Shown here one piece after another: positions 9,190 through 19,117 of a stretch of DNA of 64,000 nucleotides; the first letter of the stretch is position 1; every line of letters starts with the position of its first letter. The notes beneath the pieces are model-generated. The model searched no databases. It saw only the letters and a program-made list of their open reading frames with translations, and had not been told where the DNA came from. Location: NCBI GenBank assembly GCA_965219495.1, contig OZ244777.1, forward strand, positions 302,940-366,939. Reading direction: 5' to 3'. The stretch is from Rhodobacterales bacterium (GTDB taxonomy: Bacteria > Pseudomonadota > Alphaproteobacteria > Rhodobacterales > CAZPXZ01). A program made the translations under genes and the position numbers.

Positions 9190-10902
9190 ATGGTGCGCCG
9201 CATGACCTCGACTCGGCTAAACGCCATCGTTTCCCAAATTACGAACACCAACGAAGATTTTGCCCTTACGAAAACATCGATTCGAGGAGTTGAATATTTG
9301 GTTTTCAAGAATGCTCCTCTTCATCTTCGCGATATGTTGGAGCGCAGTTGGTCAAAGCATGAGGAGGGGCAGGCTGAGTATCTGGTTTATGAAGACGAAC
9401 GTTGGACCTATGCGGAATTTTGCGCGGATGTCAGGCGTACTGCTTGGACGTTACGAAACCAGTTCTTCGTCACCGAGGGAGCCGCGGTTGCCATTGCCAT
9501 GCGCAACTACCCTGAGTTTCCAATTCTTATGATGGCAATCAGTGCACTCGGAGCACGCGTTGTCTTTCTGAACGCCTGGTGGACAACCGAAGAACTGAAA
9601 TATGCGATCATCGATAGCGCTGTAAAACTGATTTTTGCAGATGGCCCCCGAGCGGAGCGAATCAAACCGTTGGTCGAACCCCTAGACCTTGAATTGGTCG
9701 GCGTAAGAGAGGCCGAAAAATTTTCGCCCAACGGTTTTTCTAACCACACGAGCGGACCCGAACCGGACACATGGCCCGACGCGGCGATAAATCCGGACGA
9801 CGATTTTGCGATTATGTATACAGCAGGCTCAACTGGTCACCCTAAGAGTGTTGTTCTGACCCATCGCGGTGCAATCAACGCAGTTTACACTTTCTTGATG
9901 CAGCCACTAATTGAAGAACTAAAGGTTGGGCGCGAAGACAACACAGCGAACGGTCCTTTGAGGCACTCGTCAATTGTCGTTACACCACTTTTCCATATCA
10001 CAGCCAGCCATGGCTTGTTTCTCCAGAGCATTCCTCTTGGTGCAAAGCTGTGTCTGATGTACAAGTGGGATGCTGAACAAGCTGTCCGAATAATACGGGA
10101 CGAGAAGGTCACACGCTTCATTGGTGTACCGACGCAATCAATCGACCTGATGGAGGCAGCAAGGCGATTGAACGAGCCGCTTGATTCCCTGGATTCTCTC
10201 ACCTCCGGGGGGGCCAAAAGACCCGCGGCGCAAGTAAGCGAACTGCACAACGCCTTTCCACAGCTTACAGTGGCAACAGGCTGGGGCATGACGGAGACTA
10301 ATGCTGTCGGCATCGGATTCCATGGTGACGAATATCTTGCGCTTCCGGACTCAGTTGGACGTTTGCAGCCGCCATTGCAAGAGCTCAAATTCCTGGGTGA
10401 GGATGGCCGCGAAGTCGCTACCGGTGAAATCGGGGAACTAACCGTTAAGAGCGCCTGTAATATGCGTTGTTACCTCAACCAACCCGAGGCAACGGACGAC
10501 GATTTCCAAGATGGCTGGTTCCGGACCGGCGACCTTGGGCGAATCGATGCCAACGATATCGTTGCGATTGTGGATCGAAAAAAGAATATCGTGATCCGCG
10601 GAGGCGAAAATATCGCCTGCCTTGAAATCGAGGGAGCGCTACACCGTCATCCATCAGTAATTGAGTCCTGTGTTTTTTCCATACCGGATGATCGATTGGG
10701 CGAAACTGTCGGTGCCGGCGTTCGGGTTCGGAGCGAAATTGGTGTAACCCCCCAAGAATTGCAGACCTTTCTCATGGAACACGTTGCCCGGTTCAAAATA
10801 CCCGAACATATCTGGATTCAAACGGATCCCTTGCCGCGCAATGCGGTCGGTAAACTTGATCGCCGTAAACTCCGAGCAATCTGCCTGGAACAAATGCATT
10901 GA
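9190..10902 (+). CDS. AMP-dependent acyl-CoA synthetase/ligase
   Basis: YTAGSTGHPKSV (AMP-binding motif I), TGWGMTET, GDLGRID and a C-terminal K. The start is uncertain (9190 or 9202). Confidence 0.85.
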   Translation: MVRRMTSTRLNAIVSQITNTNEDFALTKTSIRGVEYLVFKNAPLHLRDMLERSWSKHEEGQAEYLVYEDERWTYAEFCADVRRTAWTLRNQFFVTEGAAVAIAMRNYPEFPILMMAISALGARVVFLNAWWTTEELKYAIIDSAVKLIFADGPRAERIKPLVEPLDLELVGVREAEKFSPNGFSNHTSGPEPDTWPDAAINPDDDFAIMYTAGSTGHPKSVVLTHRGAINAVYTFLMQPLIEELKVGREDNTANGPLRHSSIVVTPLFHITASHGLFLQSIPLGAKLCLMYKWDAEQAVRIIRDEKVTRFIGVPTQSIDLMEAARRLNEPLDSLDSLTSGGAKRPAAQVSELHNAFPQLTVATGWGMTETNAVGIGFHGDEYLALPDSVGRLQPPLQELKFLGEDGREVATGEIGELTVKSACNMRCYLNQPEATDDDFQDGWFRTGDLGRIDANDIVAIVDRKKNIVIRGGENIACLEIEGALHRHPSVIESCVFSIPDDRLGETVGAGVRVRSEIGVTPQELQTFLMEHVARFKIPEHIWIQTDPLPRNAVGKLDRRKLRAICLEQMH

Positions 10903-10924
10903 CATATTTGCGACAGAGGACGTT

Positions 10925-12226
10925 ATGACCCCGCCACTTCAGAACGATGTTGCCGAATATATTGCGCGAGCCGAAGAGGCCACATGGGACGTCCCACAGC
11001 TTCCACCTGGAATTGGGCAGCGCAAGATCGAAAAGATTGGCGTGGTCGGTGCGGGCACGATGGGGGGCGGCATTTCGATGAACTTTGCCACCGCTGGCAT
11101 TCCGGTCACAATCGTTGAACAAACGCCCGGGGCGCTTGAGCGGGGTCTGGGTGTAGTGCGCGGCAATTACCAGCGCAGCGCCGACAAAGGTCGCTTTCCG
11201 CAGGAAGAGGTTCCGGCACGCATGGGCCGGCTGGATGGACAACTCTCGCTCGACGCGCTGGCAGATTGTGATCTGATCATCGAGGCGGTTTTTGAAAATA
11301 TGGAGCTGAAAAGGCAGATTTTCGCCGATCTGGACCGGATTGCGAGACCTGGCGCAATTCTGGCAACCAATACGTCGGCGCTTGATATAGACGAGATCGC
11401 CGGCGCCACTAAGAGGCCCGAGGATGTGATCGGATTGCACTTTTTCTCGCCTGCCAATGTAATGAAGTTGTTGGAAATCGTGCGTGCCGAAAAAACCGCA
11501 GATGATGTTGTGGCTACATCCATGGAGCTGGCCAAAACGATTGGCAAAATCGCCACTCTTGTTGGAGTTGGCCCGGGATTTGTTGGCAACCGCATTCTGT
11601 TTGCTCGTCACGGTCAGAGTCGAAAGCTGATGTACAAAGGGGTAATGCCCTGGGACACCGATGCGGCTATAAACGCTTTCGGATTTAAGATGGGCCATTT
11701 TCAAATGGCCGATCTTGCTGGCCTGGATATCGGTTGGTCCAAGGGAGTTAAGACGGATGATCCCATCCGCGATGCGCTCTGTGAATTGGATCGCCGTGGT
11801 CAGAAAACCAAAGCTGGATACTATGATTATGATGCGTCGAGAACGCCTATCCCCTCTGAGGTGACTGCGAAACTTATTCACGAAATTACTGGAGTGGAGC
11901 CAATTAGGATGTCACAAGATGAGATCAGCGAAACCTGTATTTTTCCTGTGATCAATGAGGCAGTAAAAATACTGGAAGAAAATAGAGCTCAGCGCCCCTC
12001 CGATATCGATGTCGTCTGGCTGAATGGCTTCGGTTGGCCTGCGGACAAAGGTGGGCCAATGTATTACGCTGATATGGTCGGTGCCAAGCCCATCCTTGCA
12101 AAAATGGAGGAGTTGGGGCTAGCAGACCCTGCCTACGCCCCTGCCAAGACACTCCGCGATCTGGCGAGCAACGGTGGGAAATTCATCGACATTGACACTG
12201 GTGGCCTGATAACCGCCCGCACTTGA
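10925..12226 (+). CDS. 3-hydroxyacyl-CoA dehydrogenase, NAD-binding
   Basis: IGVVGAGTMGGGI Rossmann motif, HFFSPANVMKLLEIV, C-terminal 3HCDH domain. RBS GAGGA lies upstream of ATG 10925. Confidence 0.88.
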   Translation: MTPPLQNDVAEYIARAEEATWDVPQLPPGIGQRKIEKIGVVGAGTMGGGISMNFATAGIPVTIVEQTPGALERGLGVVRGNYQRSADKGRFPQEEVPARMGRLDGQLSLDALADCDLIIEAVFENMELKRQIFADLDRIARPGAILATNTSALDIDEIAGATKRPEDVIGLHFFSPANVMKLLEIVRAEKTADDVVATSMELAKTIGKIATLVGVGPGFVGNRILFARHGQSRKLMYKGVMPWDTDAAINAFGFKMGHFQMADLAGLDIGWSKGVKTDDPIRDALCELDRRGQKTKAGYYDYDASRTPIPSEVTAKLIHEITGVEPIRMSQDEISETCIFPVINEAVKILEENRAQRPSDIDVVWLNGFGWPADKGGPMYYADMVGAKPILAKMEELGLADPAYAPAKTLRDLASNGGKFIDIDTGGLITART

Positions 12227-12237
12227 AGGGGCTGGAC

Positions 12238-13014
12238 ATGAGCTTTGAATATGTGACGGTCGAGCAGAACGGCAATGTGCTTCTGGTCACGCTGAACCGG
12301 CCCGATGTATACAACGCGGTGCACCCACCGATGCATCATGAACTGGACCTGATTTGGAATGATTTTGCCCAGGATCAAAGTCTTTGGGTGGCCATTCTCA
12401 CCGGCGCAGGTGACAAATCATTTTGCGCCGGTAATGACCTGAAATTTACCGCTCGGGGTGGAGAAGGCAGCCTGCCAGCCAGCGGCTTTTCCGGACTGAC
12501 CAATAGGCTTGATCTGGAAAAACCGATTATCGCTGCTGTCAATGGTTTCGCCATGGGTGGCGGTTTTGAAACAGCGCTGTCCTGCGATGTGATTATCGCC
12601 TCTGAACAGGCCACTTTTGCGTTGCCTGAGGTCAAGGTCGGTCTTTTTGCGGCTGCCGGCGGCGTGCAGCGGCTTAGCCGCTGCATTGGGCGTTTGGCCG
12701 CACAAGAGATGATGTTCACCGGCCGCAGCGTGAGCGCGGAAGAGGCGCTGGCAATGGGCATTGTGAATGCCGTCGCACCCCATGATCAGTTGATGGATAT
12801 GGCGATGGCCAAGGCGCGGGAGATTGCTTCGGTCTCGCCATCTGCGGTTAGGGCCACCAAGCGGGTGCTGAATGATATGGCCCTGCGCGAAAATCTGCCT
12901 GAAAGCCTTGCCTACAGTCTCGCAGTGGTGGCTGATCTGACAAAAACGGAAGATTTCAAAGAGGGCGTCAACGCCTTTGTTGAAAAACGCAATGCCAAAT
13001 GGGTAAACCGCTGA
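12238..13014 (+). CDS. Enoyl-CoA hydratase/isomerase family protein
   Basis: VTLNRPDVYNA, GAGDKSFCAGNDLK, GFAMGGGFE. Closely follows the dehydrogenase gene (stop 12224-12226, start 12238). Confidence 0.88.
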   Translation: MSFEYVTVEQNGNVLLVTLNRPDVYNAVHPPMHHELDLIWNDFAQDQSLWVAILTGAGDKSFCAGNDLKFTARGGEGSLPASGFSGLTNRLDLEKPIIAAVNGFAMGGGFETALSCDVIIASEQATFALPEVKVGLFAAAGGVQRLSRCIGRLAAQEMMFTGRSVSAEEALAMGIVNAVAPHDQLMDMAMAKAREIASVSPSAVRATKRVLNDMALRENLPESLAYSLAVVADLTKTEDFKEGVNAFVEKRNAKWVNR

Positions 13015-13174
13015 AGACAGGCACCATGAGTAACTCATTGATCTGAGCGGAAGAGTGGATCTGCCTGCCGACACGTGCAAAGGCACGGGATTGGCGATGG
13101 CAACATGGTTGTTCGGCTGAGTCGTCCGGTCGTCGACCCGACTCAATGGGCGAAACAATCTGGAGGCAACCGCG

Positions 13175-14002
13175 GTGAGAACGCTCTACACCTGGGCCGG
13201 CACACAACCGAGCCGGCGGAATCTCACGGTCGCCGATCTCAAGACCGGCAAGGGCAAGAAGAAATTCACCCAGGTCACCACGAACACAGCCGACGAGGCC
13301 GCAGCCGCGGCTGCCGCAGGCCTCGACATGATGATCTGCAACTCCAGGAACATCGCCGCAGTCCGTGAGGGCAATGACACCCTGTTCCTCACCGCCGCCG
13401 TCTCGCTGCCGCACTTTCCGACCGCTGATGATGTGCTCCGCGAGGCGTTTCGCGCCATGGAACTTGGCGCGGACGCGGTGATGACCCAACGCAGCCTTGA
13501 GATCATCGCCATGCTCGCGCGGGAGGATATTCCGGTGATGGGACATCTTGGGCTGGTTCCGCGCAAGAGCACCTGGGTCGGCGGTTTACGGGCGGTTGGC
13601 AAGACCGCAGATGCGGCGTTTCGGCTCTATGAACGTTTTCGCCGATTGGAGGACGCGGGCGCGTGCCTGGTGGAAGCCGAGGTCATTCCAGGCCGGGTGA
13701 TGGCCGAGATCTCGGCGCGTTCCGGACTGATCACGGTCTCGCTGGGTTCCGGCCGGGATGCGGACGTGATGTATCTCTTCATGGAGGATATCTGCGGTGA
13801 GAAGGAAACCTCGCCCCGCCATGCGCGCGCCTTCGGCAATCTCGCCAGATTGCATGAGCAAATCCGCGAGGAGCGCGTCGCCGCCGTGACCGCGTTCCGT
13901 GAAGCCGCCAAAGCCGGAGATTTTCCCGGCGAGGCCGAAACGGCCAAGATCGATGACGACGAACTGATGGGGTTTCTGGACCGTCTGGATTCGCCCTATT
14001 GA
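13175..14002 (+). CDS. PanB (3-methyl-2-oxobutanoate hydroxymethyltransferase) family protein, divergent
   Basis: GHLGLVPRKSTWVGGLRAVGKT and EAEVIPGRVMAEIS...SLGSG align by eye with PanB. GTG start follows GGAGG. The GDS metal-site motif appears replaced (ICNSRN). Confidence 0.65.
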   Translation: MRTLYTWAGTQPSRRNLTVADLKTGKGKKKFTQVTTNTADEAAAAAAAGLDMMICNSRNIAAVREGNDTLFLTAAVSLPHFPTADDVLREAFRAMELGADAVMTQRSLEIIAMLAREDIPVMGHLGLVPRKSTWVGGLRAVGKTADAAFRLYERFRRLEDAGACLVEAEVIPGRVMAEISARSGLITVSLGSGRDADVMYLFMEDICGEKETSPRHARAFGNLARLHEQIREERVAAVTAFREAAKAGDFPGEAETAKIDDDELMGFLDRLDSPY

Positions 14003-14019
14003 AGTACTCCCGCGGGACC

Positions 14020-14174
14020 TTGTCCATGTGACCGAGGCCGCAAGCTGGCTCTATGCACGCTTGATCCTCCGCATACCCGAACTCCGGCAGAACATGCTCC
14101 ATCAGGGCCCGCGTGGCCCACGGCGGTGTACGGAAGTCGTCAAGGCTGTGCTTGGGTTCGGCCCGCTGGGCCAT
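14020..14174 (-). pseudogene. SAM-dependent methyltransferase-like N-terminal fragment (phage/island type)
   Basis: DDFRTPPWATRALMEHVLPEF...IEPACGLGHM. The rest of the ORF runs antisense into the PanB-like gene. Confidence 0.35.
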
Positions 14175-15012
14175 GACGGCGTGAATTCACGCGCGCAATC
14201 AGGCGTCCGGAAAGTAAACCACATCTTCAATCACTTCTGATGCGCATCAGGAAGCTGGTGGCGACCGATAAACTCGTCCTTCCAATGACATTCGCACAAG
14301 ATCAAGGACCATGCGCGGCGGCGTGATCTTGCACGCGTTCAGGTTACGTTGAGCAAGGGGTTTGTGATCCGTGGCCGACACAGCCGACTGAACGTTGAGG
14401 TCAGTCAAGTGCTAGGCGAATCGTGCGGCCCGGAGTTGCCAACTCCCAACGAATTCTGGTTTCTGTCAAGGTCTTTTTCGAGTCGGTTGCAGATTGGCAG
14501 GACCCAAGGGCTCGGTATTGAGATACCCGCCGGAACAATCTCTCACATAGCGGCAAACCCCGAAGCGAGCCTGTTCAGCTATTTGATGGAAACGACGGAA
14601 AATGTGCAAGCTGCCGCTGTCAGGGACTTCTCGGCTCGATCCGAACGTTACGTGCGCTGATTGAGGAACGTCGCCGCTGACATGCCGGCGAAAGTTTGGC
14701 GATGCGCAGACGTATCTACAGCGCCACCCTCATGATCGCCAATGGTATTGGGCTGACGTGGAACAGCATCGGTGATATCGACAGCAAGTTGGCCAAGCGG
14801 CTGATAAATGATACGCCGACTTACCAGATTGAGCGGGAAATCGCCGTTCGTTTAGAGACCCAACGCCGTTGTAGCTGGCGGCCGTAAATCTTCCATTTTG
14901 GCAACCCAAAGCTGGACAGTTTGATCGTTGTCGATCGATGAGCGACGCCCCGCGCTGTCGGCGATTTCAGCAGCGATGGAGCGGGGCGGGGATGCACGGA
15001 TGGGAGACCAGC

Positions 15013-15201
15013 ATGTTGCTGAGGCACTATTTGGAACGGGGTGTCTCGAAGACGGAGCGATCGAGGCGCTTTGGGGTGAGCCGTGCCACGATCCACGATT
15101 GGATAACGACGGGCCAGTTGGACCGGGATCTGTCGTTGGGTGGCACGCTGTACTCGCCGCGGCCCTCGGTGGCGCACAAGCTGGATCCCTATAAGGACAT
15201 C
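15013..15201 (+). pseudogene. IS21-family istA, N-terminal HTH fragment
   Basis: MLLRHYLERGVSKTERSRRFGVSRATIHDWITTGQLDRDL...KLDPYKDI. Cut at 15201 by a second IS21 fragment. Confidence 0.7.
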
Positions 15202-15653
15202 ACCCTGGTCGTCGTACCCGACAGACGCGCGTATTCGTGGCTCCAGTCGAACTGGTAGGCCTCGCCAGGATCGAAGCTCAGCGGCACATAGGCCTCGGAC
15301 GACGACAACAGCCGGTGCCGGCGCCGCCAGACCCTGGCATAGCGGCGCACCGCGTCGTAGCCGCCCTCATAGCCCAGAGACGCAAGGTCTTCATGAATCC
15401 GCAGCAGAGACAGCCGATCCCGGCGCGCCTTCTTCTCGTTGGCCTCCAGCTGGCGCTCGAGCTCATCCACCCACGGTCCAAGCTTCGGCATCGGCTGGAT
15501 CTTGCGCTCGTAGCTGTACGAGGTCTCATCGCCCCGCACCACCTTGCGCACCGTGTTCTTCGAAACCCTCAAATCCCGGGCCATCTTCTTGATCGGAACG
15601 CCCCTCACCAGATGATCCCGACGGATCCGTGCGATCGTTTCCACTACCAGCAT
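15202..15653 (-). pseudogene. IS21-family istA, N-terminal about 150 aa fragment (different copy)
   Basis: MLVVETIARIRRDHLVRGVPIKKMARDLRVSKNTVRKV...GEAYQFDWSHE. Converges on the fragment at 15013. Confidence 0.75.
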
Positions 15654-15859
15654 CTCCCCCTCACCTCGTCCGTCCAATGACAAGGCGCGTTCATGGGAAC
15701 AAACCATGGGGGGGTCAATATTCCACGCCGATCAACAAGTTGCCCAACGGCGCAGATTTCGCCAAATGGTTTGGCGTCAGAATAACCCCCAAACAACCCC
15801 CCAAATCGCAATCTGGCCCGGGGCAATCTAGGCGAACATATTTAAGTTATTGAGATATA

Positions 15860-15912
15860 TGGTGCCGAACCGCGGATTCGAACCGCGGACCTACTGATTA
15901 CGAACCAGACGG
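15860..15912 (-). tRNA. tRNA-Thr(CGU) 3' half only (anticodon arm, variable loop, T arm, acceptor 3' strand, CCA); not a functional gene
   Basis: Minus strand UCUGG-UUCGUAA-UCAGU AGGUC CGCGG-UUCGAAU-CCGCG GUUCGGC-A-CCA. No matching 5' acceptor strand or D arm lies upstream. Confidence 0.6.
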
Positions 15913-16299
15913 CCATTAGATCGAGACCTGAACGCATCTTTGTTGCGGCCCATTTGTTAGGGGCCAAAGGGCGGGACCAACGGGACCCCGGACCGCGAAA
16001 AGAATACCGCCGGGCGGGCGCAGTAAAGATACGAGCCATGGCCCTTAGACGCTCCGGTTCGCCATGTACTCTTCCAGCACTTTCGCAGCGCATTCTATCA
16101 AGGAATGGTTCGTCGTCTTCAGCCTAAGCGCGGAGGCCCAATTCCCCCATGCGTTCAATACGCGACTGGGCTCCAGCGCGCAGGTGCTCGCAATACGCAC
16201 AAATCCCACTCCCCAAAGAGCCGAAATCCAGCACCGGAGGGCGGCGTAGAGACCGTTCAGCACCGCCGCAACTGGAACACCGACGAACCGATGGTAGCC

Positions 16300-16509
16300 G
16301 GTTAGCCACCGCACCGTCTCATGGCTGATGTCGATGCCGCGTTCAAACAGTAGGTCCTCCACCAGCCGAAGCGACAGCGGTTAGCGGATGCACATCATCA
16401 CCGCGAGACTGATCACCTCGGGTGAGCTATTGAAATATCGGAAGGGACTGAGCAACGCCGGAGGCTATGGAACTCCCTGTCCCGGCTCAAGCCAATTTGC
16501 TCTGACACC
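16300..16509 (-). mobile_element. IS6-family element, 5' end with transposase N-terminus carrying an in-frame stop
   Basis: FRYFNSSPEVISLAVMMCIR*PLSLRLVEDLLFERGIDISHETVRW matches IS6 transposase N-termini. The putative terminus is the reverse complement of 16496-16509 (GGTGTCAGAGCAAA). Confidence 0.6.
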
Positions 16510-16512
16510 GCC

Positions 16513-16596
16513 GACAGGTTTCCTCTGACGATGCCGCCGCAAGCGTTCAGCCAATGCCGGCCTCTCGGGAAGACAAAATAATGTTCGATAATCTTC
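16513..16596. repeat. 84-nt module homologous to 28798-28881 (about 90% identity)
   Basis: Direct alignment shows about 8 substitutions. The left end is cut by the IS6 terminus at 16509. Confidence 0.85.
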
Positions 16597-16780
16597 TGAG
16601 TCCTGAGGGTTAAAAAGTTTGCGCAAGACCAACTAGGAAATTCGATGCAACAAGCTAGGATCAAGAAGTATCCGATGCGGCTAGCCACAGCACGGCGAAA
16701 CAGCGGCACCATGAGTTCAATTTCAAAAGACCTTTGGCCAACGGATCTCAGAGCAGCCCGTGCAACAAAAGGACGAGACC

Positions 16781-17983
16781 ATGCGTGACGCCGTTATCGT
16801 TTCCACCGCCCGAACCCCCATAGGCAAAGCCTATCGCGGGGCGTTTAATGACACTCAGGCGCAGACTCTGATCGGCCATGCGGTCTCGAACGCGGTGTCG
16901 CGTGCCGGTCTTGAGGGTGCCGAGGTTGAGGACTGCATCATCGGGGCGGCCCTTCAGCAAGGGTCCAGCGGCTTCAATATTGCCCGTCAGGCGGTGATCC
17001 GTGCCGGCCTGCCCGTGACTGTTGCCGGCATGTCGGTGGATCGGCAATGCGCCAGTGGGATGATGGCGATTGCCGCCGCCGCGAGACAGGTGCTGTATGA
17101 TGGCATGAACATCGCCGTGGGTGGTGGGGTCGAAAGCGTCAGTCTGGTTCAGACCGACAAGATGAACGGTTATCGCGCCGCCGATCCGTGGATCGAAGAA
17201 CACAAACTGGCCCTCTATATGTCGATGCTCGAGACCGCTGAAATCGTCGCCGATCGCTATGGCATCAGCCGCGGGGCACAGGACGAGTACGCGCTGCAAT
17301 CGCAACAGCGCACCGCCGCCGGACAACGGGCTGGAAAGTTTGATGACGAGATCGTCCCGATAACCACCGTGATGAAGGTGACGAATAAGGAGACAGAAGA
17401 AATCAGCGACCACGAGGTGACGCTGGACAAGGACGAGGGCAACCGGCCCTCGACCACGCTCGAGGGTCTGAGCGGCCTACAGCCGGTGCAAAAAGACGGT
17501 CAGGTTGTCGCTGAGGGCCGCTTTATCACTGCCGGCAATGCCAGCCAGCTCTCCGATGGTGCCTCGGCCAACGTGGTGATGGAGGCCCGCGAAGCCGAGC
17601 GCCGCGGCCTGCAGCCACTGGGCCGCTATGCCGGCATGACGGCGTCGGGCTGCGAGCCCGATGAAATGGGCATCGGGCCGGTCTTTGCGGTGCCGAAGCT
17701 GCTGGAGCTGAACGGGTTGAAGATGGACGATATCGGCTTGTGGGAATTGAACGAGGCCTTCGCCGTGCAGGTGCTTTACTGCCGCGATAAACTGGGCATT
17801 CCCAATGAATTGCTGAATGTCAATGGAGGCGCGATTTCCATCGGCCACCCCTATGGCATGTCTGGCGCGCGCATGGTCGGACACGCGCTGATCGAGGGCA
17901 AGCGGCGCGGGGCAAAATATGTGGTCAGCACAATGTGCATGGGCGGCGGCATGGGCGCGGCCGGCCTGTTCGAGGTGCTGTAA
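16781..17983 (+). CDS. Acetyl-CoA C-acetyltransferase (thiolase II family)
   Basis: [22 protein letters not shown], the active-site Cys region VDRQCASGM, and C-terminal [14 protein letters not shown]...CMGGGMG. Confidence 0.92.
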   Translation: MRDAVIVSTARTPIGKAYRGAFNDTQAQTLIGHAVSNAVSRAGLEGAEVEDCIIGAALQQGSSGFNIARQAVIRAGLPVTVAGMSVDRQCASGMMAIAAAARQVLYDGMNIAVGGGVESVSLVQTDKMNGYRAADPWIEEHKLALYMSMLETAEIVADRYGISRGAQDEYALQSQQRTAAGQRAGKFDDEIVPITTVMKVTNKETEEISDHEVTLDKDEGNRPSTTLEGLSGLQPVQKDGQVVAEGRFITAGNASQLSDGASANVVMEAREAERRGLQPLGRYAGMTASGCEPDEMGIGPVFAVPKLLELNGLKMDDIGLWELNEAFAVQVLYCRDKLGIPNELLNVNGGAISIGHPYGMSGARMVGHALIEGKRRGAKYVVSTMCMGGGMGAAGLFEVL

Positions 17984-18037
17984 TGTTCGGTGATCTCCTT
18001 CCCGGAGCACTGAACGGCTGCGTCCGCCGGCGGTCTA

Positions 18038-19039
18038 TCAGTCCACTGTGAGTACAACATTTCCCAACACGCGACGCTGTTGAACAAGCTCCAAGGCCTT
18101 GGCGGCATCCTGCAGTGGAAAAGACCGGGTGATTTGCGGCTTTACCTTACCGATGCCATACATTTCGAACAGTTCGGCCAGATAGACACTATGCTGTGTG
18201 GGATCGCGCCTCGTGAAAGGGCCCCAATACACGCCGACGATCTGGCAGCTCTTTAGCAACGTCAGATTAAGTGGGATTTTCGGAATGCCTGCGGCAAAAC
18301 CAACCACCAGAAACCGACCATTCCACGCCATGGCGCGAATGCAGGGTTCAGCATAATCGCCGCCGACGGCATCGTATGCCACATCAACCCCGTTCCGCCC
18401 GGCGATCTCTTTGATCTTGCCGGACAAGGCTTTTTGAGCATCGCGATCCATTTCACGCTGGTAAATGATCGTTTCATCGGCACCTATCTTGCGACAGAAT
18501 ACCGCCTTTTCCTCTGAAGATACCGCTGCAATCACGCGGGCCCCCAATGCTTTACCTACTTCAACTGCAGCCGTGCCAACACCTCCAGCCGCACCTAATA
18601 TCAGCAACGTCTCTCCGGACTTAAGCGCAGCGCGGTCACGTAATGCGTAATGCGATGTTCCATAGGTAAAGATAAAACATGCAGCGTCTTCAAACGGCAT
18701 GACATCGGGGATTTTAACGGCACTAGACGACTCGACAGTAATGTGGGTTACGAAGCCGCCATGCCCTGCTGGCAAAGCCCAAACACGATCACCCACTTCA
18801 AAATCGTCCACGCCTTGGCCGACAGCCTCAACAATACCCGCAACTTCTGATCCTGGCGCAAAAGGGCGAGGCGGTTTGTGCTGATACAAATCTTGAATGA
18901 TCAATATATCTGGGAAATTCACTCCCGCAGCTTTGACAGTGATGCGGAATTCACCGGCCTGGGGCTCCGGAATCGGCATTTCGGTCAATACCAGTGTCTC
19001 CGGCCCCCCCGGGGCATTGCTCAACATTGCTTTCATCAT
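18038..19039 (-). CDS. NADPH:quinone oxidoreductase / zinc-type alcohol dehydrogenase superfamily (MDR)
   Basis: GVNFPDILIIQDLYQHKPPRPFAPGSEVAG and LILGAAGGVGTAAVEVGKALGARV motifs. RBS lies upstream. Confidence 0.88.
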   Translation of the reverse strand: MMKAMLSNAPGGPETLVLTEMPIPEPQAGEFRITVKAAGVNFPDILIIQDLYQHKPPRPFAPGSEVAGIVEAVGQGVDDFEVGDRVWALPAGHGGFVTHITVESSSAVKIPDVMPFEDAACFIFTYGTSHYALRDRAALKSGETLLILGAAGGVGTAAVEVGKALGARVIAAVSSEEKAVFCRKIGADETIIYQREMDRDAQKALSGKIKEIAGRNGVDVAYDAVGGDYAEPCIRAMAWNGRFLVVGFAAGIPKIPLNLTLLKSCQIVGVYWGPFTRRDPTQHSVYLAELFEMYGIGKVKPQITRSFPLQDAAKALELVQQRRVLGNVVLTVD

Positions 19040-19117
19040 AGGCCTACCCCTTTTTCGGTCGCGTCAACATTCGCGAATGGCCGTATGAAGAATGCCCTCG
19101 TGGCATGCGCGAGGGGA

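Noticed and set aside
14349-14887. ORFs 14349..14660 and 14696..14887 as genes.
   Set aside because: No recognisable motif, no RBS, and atypical composition. I left them unannotated.
15860-15950. A functional tRNA-Thr gene.
   Set aside because: The 5' acceptor strand and D arm cannot be found at the right distance. The only GCCGCAAC-like sequence is about 14 nt too far upstream.
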